Shown here: positions 8,821 to 18,327 of the stretch, piece after piece | Numbering within the stretch: the stretch's first letter is position 1 | How the letters are laid out: every line of letters starts with the position of its first letter | Assembly: GCF_000281045.1 (NCBI RefSeq) | Contig: NW_008246088.1 | Coordinates: forward strand, 427,139 to 447,138 | Reading direction: 5' to 3' | Length of the DNA stretch: 20,000 nucleotides | DNA from: Saprolegnia diclina VS20 | Taxonomy: Eukaryota | Program-made: the position numbers and the translations under genes | The notes under the pieces: generated by a model | The model's input: the letters and a program-made list of their open reading frames with translations, nothing else | The model's database searches: none | What the model was told of the DNA's origin: nothing

Positions 8821-10246
8821 ATGGACGAAGCGGATGCAATGGCCGCGTGCATGGGCTTTGCCAGCTTTGGCAAGCGCAAGCGCTCACCAACCCGCGAGCG
8901 CGCTGCGTCCAAAGTACGCGCTCCAAGTTACGTGCCAGATACGATCGACTATCTGGCGTCGAGCGAAGCGTCAGCCGTCGACATGGTGCTGGACGTATCC
9001 TTGGCCACCACGGAGTCCTTCATGCCGCGGCTCGCCCAGGCGCTGGAGAAGCTGCTCGAGCGCAAAACCAGCCTTGAGAACCTAGCGATTTCGCCGGCAA
9101 CGTATCGCCGGTGCCGTGGCCGCGCCAACCCGTACGAGCACCTCGGCAAGTTTACATTTGTCAATCGGTCTGCGATCAAGATGGCCGAGCTCAATGCGCG
9201 TTGCGGCTTGACGAGCACGAGCACCAAATCGTTTGCCGACCTCTGTGGTGCGCCAGGAGGCTTTTCCGAGTACCTCGTGTACTGCACCGAGAGCGCACGT
9301 GGCTATGGCATCTCGATTCGACCAGACGCCGACGACGACCCGCTGCACTGGCGCCTCGACGACGCCACCCAAGCACGGCTCGACGTCTCGTACGGCGCAG
9401 ATGGCACTGGCGACCTCTATGTCGAGGCCAACATGGACCGTTTTGTGGAGACGGTACACCGGCTACATAGCGATTGAGCTACATTGGCGTGTAGGCGCTG
9501 CATGAGAATCCTCAAGGTTTGGATCTTGTTGTCGCCGATGGCGGCTTTCAAGAAGCCCGAAATCACGTGCACCAGGTGGAGCCTTGTCGATGTTGCACAC
9601 CTGTACCAAGGATACGTAGGAACACATTATGCACCACCTCGTGCTGTGCGAGGTACTCACAATGACGCGGCTGCTCCGCACCGGCGGCCACTTTGTCTGC
9701 AAGACGTTCGAGCTCTCGACGCCTTTCTCGCTCGGGCTGCTCTACCTCTTGTACCGCACATTTACACAGCTGGCCATCGTCAAGCCCATCGTACAAACTG
9801 CAAGCGGCACTGGGGCGTTAACCACATGTTGTGTAGACCAGTCGCCCCGGCAGCTCGGAGCGCTACATCGTCGGTCTGGGCTGGAAAACATACCAGCCAA
9901 AAGCTTTGATTGCACACCTCGGCGCTGCGAATCACGCCTTTGCATCCGGTGTCGACGTAGTCGGCCTCGTTGCGTCGTCGCAGTGGCGCGCGGACACGAC
10001 CTTTCTTGACTATGTCGAGGCATCGGGTGTCACGTACGTCGTCTATCTGCAGCATTGCTGATGCGGATTCATGTGTTGAGTAGCTTCGCGTCGCGTCAGA
10101 TATTGGCACTCGACGACATCCTTGCAACCATCCAAGGCCATGCGCCAAGAGTGCCGCGGTACTCGTAGCATCAGTACCCAACGTTTCTAATGGCTTTTGG
10201 TAGGGTGCACGTCGCCGACGTCTACGCAACGTGGCAACTGCGTTAG
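8821..10246 (+). CDS. CMTR1: Cap-specific mRNA (nucleoside-2'-O)-methyltransferase 1-like (FtsJ/RrmJ fold), ~399 aa; join(8821..9453,9495..9575,9620..9790,9837..10033,10084..10158,10204..10246)
   Basis: Motifs RANPYE…FVNRSAIKM, FADLCGAPGGFSEY, DGTGDL, VVADGGF, GGHFVCKTF, KPITSRPGSSERY (K-D-K-E tetrad). Five GT-AG introns of 41-50 nt restore these motifs. Start is uncertain (in-frame ATGs at 8737, 8794, 8821); a GCATTTTGGCAG INR-like motif just before 8821 favours that one. Confidence 0.88.
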
Positions 10247-10300
10247 ATCAACACATAGACTGTATAGCATCAAAGTTATATTTGCTGGAAACACATGTTG

Positions 10301-11056
10301 CTACGCGTGCCCACTGCCTGACATGGACGACGCACGGCCTGTCTTGTTGTCCATGACGGACGCCGACGCGGCCGAGGACTCTGTGATTTCGCGCACAGCA
10401 GCGATCGTCGTGTTTTGGTACAGCTCGTACGGATCCGTGCGCTCAAAGAGGTATGGCTCCAAGAGGTAGCGCAAGATGAAGCCCGTCGTATTGGACCACG
10501 CCTGCCCGACGTTGTGCGACGCCAAGTCTCCGAGCCAGTACATGACGACCTCGACCATAGTCAAGGCGTACGTTGCGAAATGGTGCGGACGCACCTTCAT
10601 GAACGTCCGGTGGCGGTGGCCGAGGAACCGACACGAGTTCTTGACGTTCTCGACGTCCGCGGGCGCGTCGGCGCGGACGCCGAGAATGAAAGTGAGCGCC
10701 TTGATGAGTACCTCGCCGCGCTGCTTGGTGTTGGGGAAGACGAGCGCCATTGTCGTGTCCCGCTCAAAGAGTCGGTAAAAGAACTCGTCGTAGAAGAGAA
10801 CGATGCCGGGCTTGCCGTACTGCTTCATCTTGTCGGTCGAAGCGCTCTGAATGAGATCCCACGTGCGCTGGCACGTCGTGACGCGGTCTTTTGTCAAGAG
10901 CGGAATGATCGGAAACTGCGGTGGCATGTAGTGCTGCACCTCGTAGTCGTGCGCAAGACCAAACGCAAATGAGCCGAGGTGGTCGACGTCCACGTCGATC
11001 TCTTCTTGGCGCAGTCGCAGCACTTTGGCCGCCTTGCCCGACTGTGCGTTGCCCAT
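10301..11056 (-). CDS. Single-domain globin with N-terminal extension and N-myristoylation motif, 251 aa, intronless
   Basis: Starts MGNAQS. Globin pattern: QRTWDLI (A), FYDEFFYRLFE (B), ALVF (CD1 Phe), LGHRH (F8 His), VRPHHF (G), GQAWSN (H). The ORF-track start at 11179 is a non-ATG extension. Confidence 0.85.
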   Translation of the reverse strand: MGNAQSGKAAKVLRLRQEEIDVDVDHLGSFAFGLAHDYEVQHYMPPQFPIIPLLTKDRVTTCQRTWDLIQSASTDKMKQYGKPGIVLFYDEFFYRLFERDTTMALVFPNTKQRGEVLIKALTFILGVRADAPADVENVKNSCRFLGHRHRTFMKVRPHHFATYALTMVEVVMYWLGDLASHNVGQAWSNTTGFILRYLLEPYLFERTDPYELYQNTTIAAVREITESSAASASVMDNKTGRASSMSGSGHA

Positions 11057-11905
11057 GCCGATGAAAATGCGATCTGGATCCCTCCACGCCGAAGAGGCGC
11101 GACGTTTCGACACGTTGAAATAACGCTTGCTTCGTTGGCGCGACGTTCGAAGGAGTTGTTGCCGGCAGCACAAACGCATCTCGTAAACACGGTCACCTCA
11201 TCGCCAAAGCACAGCCCGTTGGGTATAAAATAATAGACACTTTGCGATGGATCGCAATTTAAATTATAGATCACGCCCCCGGTGGTGCTACTGGGCATCA
11301 AGGCAGAGGGCAAGTGCAGGGGCAAATGTGCCACTTGGCCGTGGCATTTTTGACCCATGGCCGTATACACCGCAACGGCAATCGCCAACATCTATTGGTC
11401 AAAAAGGGAAATGGTAGCCAATTGTAGCACGTTATTTTGCGAATTTCATCGGCACATGGACAGACAGGGTTATTTCTCGCCACACGACTCGCACGATGGC
11501 CGAATCTGGCATTTTGTATAGCCAAGCCGTCTAACACTGTGCCAAGTATGACCGATACCGTTTTCAATTTTTTCAAACGTAATTTGCCGAGTCGAACACC
11601 GCCAGTGTGACTCGGGCTCCATCAATGTCGTTATGGATTGGCCAAAAAACATTTAATATAGCCAATAGGAGACGATATTTCTCGCCTCCTGGGTTCCCAA
11701 TAGCAGCAGTCGATGGCGTCAATATTGTACACGTATCGGATGGTATTGGATCCGAATATTCAGCACAATTGATTGCGCCTATATTGCAGCAGGTTCAATA
11801 TCGTGAATATAAGGCCCCTTTGCTTGGCGAATCCACGCAACATGATCGTCCGGTTCGACCTTGAAACGGTGGCCGGTCGTTTATTTCTTTGGCGAGTGTC
11901 CGTCG

Positions 11906-14900
11906 ATGCGGCCCAAGCTCCTTGAGCACCCGGCGCCGTCCGAGCACGAACGTCGACTGCGCAAGGCGTACGGCGCACCAACTGCATTTGCGGCGTTTGT
12001 CAAGAAGCCGGTGCGACCGACCTCGGCCAACCCAATCGCCGCTCGCCTTCGGGTCGAGTGCACACCAACCGTTGCGTGCGAGCGGCCGCCAAGCAACAAT
12101 GAGCCATCCAGTGCGTTGACACTGCCAGCGCCAAGTTGCACTGCAAAGGCTCCAAGCAGCACTCTCAATGTCACATCTTCCCCGCCGAACCTCCTGCAGC
12201 CGCCGACATTTTCTGCCAAGAAGCTACCTCCGAAAGCTCCGACCAAACTAGCGAAATCTGCACCGCCACGACGGCCCATCGTGCACCAGGCAACAAAGCC
12301 ACCAGCAACAGCAAAGCCTTCTTCATCACGCGGTGTTCCAGTACGGCCAAGTGCTCCAAAGCGGCGTCCACGGCCTACATCTGCCCTGCCCCACCGTCCC
12401 TCGGGCGGCGTCAAGGCGGCATCCCAAACGACATCCCCGATTCGAGACGCCCTGTATCCCAGGGGCGACGTCCATGACAAGAAACAATTAGTACCTGAGA
12501 GGACAAAGGAGCCCAAAGCCAAAGTTGCGCGCCCAGCAACCGCACCAAGTCGGCGGTACAGTTGCTCTTTCCATATCTTCAGTACGTGATGCTTTCTCTT
12601 CCATAGGCCTCGGGTAATCGAAGCGAAGCGTATCAAGCCAGACGCAGCATCCTCGGACGATTGTTGTCTCGCTTTGTATGGTGACGGGGCTGTGAGTTGG
12701 TCGTTGCCGCCAATCTCATCCTCGATACGGAGCAACATCTGCAGCGTGAGCATTTGGCTGCTGCGTGCCGCCGTCCCTGATACGTTCGTGTACGTTGCAC
12801 ATCTTCCCACTTAAACGTTGCATGCCCGCGGTTGCTAGGTCGTCCAAGCGCCACCAGGCCGCGCACCTCAACGACGATGGTCATTTCGTCTCATGGTCGT
12901 GTTGTGGCTCGACCAACAAGTCCATTTACGGCTGTACAGCTACATCCGCGGCCGCCGGCTCCGGTATAAATCCCGTCGCGGCTTGGTTTGAGACAGAATG
13001 TGGTGTAGAAACTGGCAGCGGTCGTCTAGTTGCCACCCTCTCGATTGGCAATCTCGCGATTCGCATCGCAGTTGATGGAGCTACCGTCAATGGCGATGAG
13101 TGCACGGCGTTTTCGCTTCCATTCGACCATTGGTGCCACGTGGTGCTCGTGGTTGAGCCACAAGCGCTCAATGTGTACACTGACGGCATTTGCGTCGACA
13201 CGGTGTATCGCCGACATGGTGTACCGGTGGCCGACACGGTTGCTGCGCCCACGCTGTCCATCGGCAGTGCGATGCCGTCAACCGAAGGGCTTCATGGTCT
13301 CGTATCCCAAGTACTAGTGTATCTTTATTGATGGTGCGCGTCATCGGTATATATATTAGGTACGCGTCTGGGGTCGCGCGATGAATGCCAATGACGTGGC
13401 AGCATTGCACCAGGCGGACTATAGCACGGCGTCGCCCCCGGTCGATCCAACGCGCCTTCTCGATGTCTCGTTCTCAACACCCGACCATGTGTACGACACG
13501 GCACAGCGCGCGACCCGTCGGTCGCTTCCTTTTACGACGTCCGGCCGTGTTGCTTGGCGCCAGCACGCGCTGCCTCGACCCCTGTCGCCCGCCGTCGTGT
13601 ATATGGCCGACTTCAACTCGACGAGGTATGTAGACATGGACAATCCGTAATCCGTACATGGTCAATAGCGGTTGCGACGCAAGTCGACGCGACGGCTTGC
13701 CATTTCCTACGCTCCTCGAGCAATTCCGGACGCGTGGCAGCGTCTTTGAGCTTGTGCTCGAGTTTGCCGTAAGCGCAGACGACCATCACCGCGATATGCC
13801 ACGGCGCATGTCTGGATCGACCCTCATGGATCGCATCCGTGACATTCAAAACCTCTGGGCAACGTTTGCGCCGACATCGGTGCTCTGCAACCCCGAGAGG
13901 TACTGTCATAATTGATGCTGTGTATCGACACATGACCGAGTAGTTGGCGACCGTACCCGCGCCCCAACAGCTTTGAGGTTCTCTGTCATATCGGCCGGTC
14001 GGGGCCGCCACAGTACATATGTTTACATTCGCAGCTCGAGTCGCAGTCAATGCCAGAGATCGCAATCCTGCAGCGGAAGCTCCAACAGCTTCTCCACACC
14101 GAAAGCCTCCGGTATCCTCGCTTTTGAACGCGTAGCGCTGACATGGGCGTAGAGCACCGTACGAGACCGTCGTGCAGCAAACGCTTCGTCGCATGGTGAC
14201 ACTCGCGTCGTCGCAGCACGCCGAGACGCTCGTAGCGCTTCAACCACCATGCTCCATCAAACGACTGCTCAAGTATCTTGACGGCGTCGGGTGCTTCTTG
14301 GACGAGGCGGATGTGCTAACTCTGGTCGATGCACTGCAACACTTTCAGGTACAAATCAACGAATGCAAAACAGAGAATGCAAGGGGTTTATAGACGCTAC
14401 CACGCGCGTACCGAGCCCACCCGCCAAACTTGTACCGGGCCAACCAGCACGTGCCGTCGCGCGCCGGGGTCTACGCATTTCCGCCATCCCAGCAACTCCA
14501 GTTGCAAGTGTCGGGTCTCCCCGGCTTTCACGTCGCTTGTTACTCGTTTGATGTTTGCTGGCAGCTGCGCGAAACACTGCACTCGTCAATTCAACGCTCA
14601 GACGACCACGCGCTGCAGCTCTCGTCGACGACGACAATTGCGTCGACCGTCGAGACGGTATTTTGCCCATCGCGTTGCTAGCTCAAGAGCGGAGGCGTAG
14701 ATCGATCTCAAGATGGTCTCGTTGCACCCACACGTCCATGCGATGCTATTCCTAGTCCAAACGACGGCAACGACGGGACACAAACCGCTTGTTGTCAAAT
14801 GGGTCTCGGTCGACGGCGCCCACGGTCCTTGTAGCAACCTCTGTGCGCACTTTTGCGTCACAGCGCCGCCGATAGCTAGCGCGTTGGCACTCTGTGCACT

Positions 14901-17365
14901 GCGCCGGTGCAAAACGACGTTCGAGTGGCAGCTCGTGGCACTTGGTGACGCGCTCTCGCCGTCGCTGACGCTGCTCCAGTCGATGCGGGCGCTCATTCAA
15001 GCAAAGTTGGCGCTGACATACACGCTGCGCATCCAGCACGCGACAGCCGAGCACAAGTACGTCGAGTACGCGAGGCGACTGGAAAAGCATTTGCAAGCGC
15101 AATACGAGACGCTCACCATCGCGCGGGTGCCAGCATTGCCCATCTCTGCGACGCAGCCCGGTGTGCGAATTCTTCTCGAGAGCTCGAGCGACCCCGCGAT
15201 TCTTCTGTTTCAGCAGTCGCTGCAAGACCAAACGCCTCTGCCGGCGCTGCGCCAGATCCAAGAAAAGCTCCGAGACACCATTGAATCCCATGGATGGTTG
15301 TCCTCTTGACTAAAATAAACACTCACAACGACGTAGGTACATGCCACTCCGAAGCAGTCCGATCAAGCAGAAAGCCTCGCCACTGCCATCGAAAACCGCC
15401 GTCTCGACGAGTCTCTTGTTTCTCGACGCAGAGACCTCGCACCCGATTTCAAATGTCCAAATCTCGTACGAAGCACTTGTCGGCAGCGTGCTGCAGTACA
15501 AACCACCTATCGCCACCCAGCTACCAGTCTCGATTGTCGTGCGCCTTCAGCGTGCGAAGCGATGGGGTCGTGGCACGTTGAGCGACTTGATCTATGACTA
15601 GAAAAAGCCCATTTCGTCCAGGAGCGCCGGCGAGAGCAAGCCCAGCACGCGCTTGCAGCGGCACTTGTGGAGCGCGTTATTCAAGTAGCGATGGCACGGG
15701 CTGTGCAGCACCACGTACGAATCCTTCGGAAAGATCAGCAGTTGGTGGCCGCTATCATGCTCTTGCGTCGCGCCATGCGGTAGGTTCTCGACATTTGGGG
15801 CTGTCCCAGCCAGCATTGCTCGTAGGCGTCGATTTTGGACGATTCAGCAAGCCATTTTGGTCAAAGTCCAGCAGTGGAAGCGAGAAGCGGTGCAGTTGCC
15901 GACGCATCGCATCGTGCGGCAGTACAATATCACGTCACCTCGCCTCGAGCTCTCGTCGAGTGAAAAGGACGTGCTCTTGCAAGGTACCACGCGTGACGCG
16001 AAGTATTGCGTGCTACTAGGCGCCTGTAGGGCTTGCAATCCCAAGTTTCACGCAAAATACGCTGGCCACGCCGACGAGGCCGCATGTGAATGAAGATTGG
16101 GTCGACGACTGGCGTGTAATTGCCGAGCAACTCCAGCTAAAAGAGCGAGCCAATCACAGCAGCAGTCAAGGTCTCTGGCCACTGCCGCCAGTGCGATTGC
16201 AACCCGAGACCATGTACACCTTTCGGGCGACGCATCCCGCGTACGAAGCGTTGACCGTGCAGTGCACGCTCTACCCGTTCCGCACACCTCGCCCACTCCC
16301 AGTTCGTTTGGTACCCAAGCGACACCCCGTACGGTTCCAGCTGCAGGTACCAAAGTACGTTGCGAAATGCCAATGACCACGCACCACAGACGGTCGAGGC
16401 ATCCCATCTTTGTCTTCGGGATGTCCCCATTGAGATCATTGCCAGTGCGTCCTGCGGCGCGCGTCGTCACGTCGTAAATACGGACGGCCGTGGGCAAGCG
16501 TCCATAGCGCTGCTCCGAGGCGCATACTCGGTGCACGTCCTCTCCAAGTTGCCGACACGAGGTATCACGTCCAAGTACGTGCCTCTGCAGATCGAGACCG
16601 ACGGAAAGGAGACGCGTCTCGTGCTGCTCCCTATCGAGCGACACCCGATGCCAGTGCGGTGCCACGCCGTCTGCATCGACACGGGCCATCTTGTCGAGCA
16701 CGTTTGTGTGGATATCTCCGATGCGTCGGGGCCAGTAGCTCAGTTAGCGCCCAGCGGACGGCTGCCACTCGGTCCGTACATGGCACGAGCGAACGTCCCG
16801 GGCTACTTCGAGGATGCTCACCCCGTGTACATTCCGCTCGCTGCGTCGCCAGGAACGATGACAATTCTTCCACTGTTCTTGTGCCCCCATGTTCGGTTTC
16901 CCGACGAGCTCTGGATCGTTCTACAAGCTTCCACATCAAATGCCCTCGTGCTGCATGCTGACGCCACCGACGGCTATGGCGTCGTGCAAACGGCCTCGTA
17001 TCTTCGCGAGGTACCGACATGGATTCTGCATGTTTTGATCGCTGGTGCGTTGCTACTAGGCAACGCAGTGGTGCGAGTGCAAGCTGCTACAGCACGCACC
17101 CGACGAAGCCCAAGTGATGCGCATTACGACGACACCGAGTACGGCACCTATTATTAATGGGCTTGCTTCTCATACGAGCGTAGAGATGCAACTGGACGTG
17201 CACGTGCGCTGGACGCAGCGTACCTATGTCGATAGTGATGTACATGCGTCCGTGCGCGTGTACGGAATCCATGGGCTTGTGCAGCACCACACGAAGGTCG
17301 TCGACAGTTTCCATGCGTTGGCACCGACGGGCTGGCACGCGTGCACACTGGCGTCGCCGAATTGA
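11906..17365 (+). CDS. Large uncharacterised multidomain protein, ~1606 aa, 15 exons; join(11906..12555,12607..12789,12839..13310,13360..13625,13669..13899,13944..14111,14153..14348,14394..14657,14701..15296,15337..15551,15602..15779,15826..15983,16030..16346,16390..17010,17060..17365)
   Basis: Fourteen GT-AG introns of 40-51 nt link 13 track ORFs plus unlisted exons into one 4821-nt open frame. It has a Pro/Lys/Ser-rich N-terminus, a LamG-like domain (DHWCHVVLVV…VYTDG…LSIGS…GLVSQVRVWGRAM), Rdx-like and TerD-like modules and a beta-rich C-terminal half. Confidence 0.78.
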
Positions 17366-17462
17366 CATTTGATGCGCGAAGTAAAATGAACCACCAGTTC
17401 TTTTTCACAGCGATGTAATTCGCGTTAAGAAATGTTGAATCAATCGCTGTTTCTCAAGTGCG

Positions 17463-17546
<84 letters not shown>
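17463..17546. repeat. (CTAT)21 tetranucleotide microsatellite
   Basis: 84 bp of perfect CTAT repeats read directly; it explains the spurious (IYLS)n ORFs. Confidence 0.98.
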
Positions 17547-17701
17547 TTACTGGGCATTTGTTTGCCGCGAGCGATCGAAGTGGCTTAAATATGCAGCGGT
17601 TGCTAAGGAAAAGCGTGCCTTCGCATGCTCATTCCATTTGAAACGGGAATCCCATAGAACGAAACACAGAACATTGACACTAACTAGCTTAACGCAGAAC
17701 G

Positions 17702-18304
17702 CTACGCCTCGAGGTTCCAGTCGACTTGATCCAAAAACGATGTCATGACGACGTCGGTTGGTAGCTGTCTAGCATCGAGTATCGGTATCGCTGAGCGTTG
17801 CCGCCGAACCTGTAGCTCGCGCTTTCGTTTGCGCACGACCAAGAGTGCAACGCGCTCAATATTGGCGTTGAGGTTCGCCAAGTGCTCTCGCAGGTGCGTG
17901 AGCTTGAGACGCAGCGCTGCGACTTCGTGGCTGTTTTCAAACGGGGCTTCTGGCTCGGGCGTCGTCGTTGTGCGTCGTTGGATCTGGTTGAGGCCGCGCT
18001 TGGCGCCACGTCGGAACTTGGGGTGTTGGAATTCCCAGCTCGGCGACATGTCGGAGCTCTCGAGGCGAGCCTTCTTGAAGCCGTAAATGTTGAGCTGCCG
18101 CACGAACGAGTGAAAGTTGCGGTGTTTGAAATAGACCGGGAGCACTTTGGTCTCGAACTCAGTCTTGCTCCGGACGACAAAAGCTTCGCCATCGTCGGTC
18201 CATCCAGCGACGTGCGTCGGGCAGCGTTCGAGCATTTCGTACGTTTTGAGGAGAAAGACGGGCGTCGTGAGCGAGTGCCGGCCGTCCCCCGTGCTGCTCG
18301 CCAT
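17702..18304 (-). CDS. HSF-type DNA-binding transcription factor, 200 aa
   Basis: HSF DNA-binding motifs PVFLLKTYEML…WTDDGEAFVV…VLPVYFKHRNFHSFVRQLNIYGFKK…WEFQHPKFRRG…IQRR, followed by a coiled coil (VAALRLKLTHLREHLANLNANI) and basic RKRKR. An INR motif directly upstream favours ATG 18304 over 18361. Confidence 0.93.
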   Translation of the reverse strand: MASSTGDGRHSLTTPVFLLKTYEMLERCPTHVAGWTDDGEAFVVRSKTEFETKVLPVYFKHRNFHSFVRQLNIYGFKKARLESSDMSPSWEFQHPKFRRGAKRGLNQIQRRTTTTPEPEAPFENSHEVAALRLKLTHLREHLANLNANIERVALLVVRKRKRELQVRRQRSAIPILDARQLPTDVVMTSFLDQVDWNLEA

Positions 18305-18310
18305 CGTCGC

Positions 18311-18327
18311 GGTTTGCAAAATGACGC
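18311..18327 (-). promoter_or_regulatory. Oomycete INR/FPR core promoter element of the HSF gene
   Basis: Minus strand GCGTCATTTTGCAAACC is close to the GCTCATTYYNCAWTT consensus and lies just upstream of ATG 18304. Confidence 0.6.

Noticed and set aside
9454..10246. Pseudogene or frameshifted methyltransferase
   Set aside because: All frame changes are resolved by 41-50-nt GT-AG introns that restore conserved motifs.
11881..12810. 309-aa minus-strand ORF
   Set aside because: Antisense shadow of the Pro/Lys-rich first exon of the 15-exon gene; Gly/Arg-rich with no recognisable motifs.
13742..14100. Selenoprotein (UGA recoding) in the Rdx-like module
   Set aside because: No in-frame TGA or Cys at the redox motif; in-frame stops across the gene all fall inside canonical introns.
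17432..17748. ORFs with (IYLS)n repeats
   Set aside because: Translation of the CTAT microsatellite.
10301..18304. A functional stress-response gene cluster (globin, TerD/Rdx-like protein, HSF)
   Set aside because: Adjacent genes in compact eukaryotic genomes are usually unrelated, and I noticed no clear heat-shock-element array. It would need conserved synteny plus co-expression to support.
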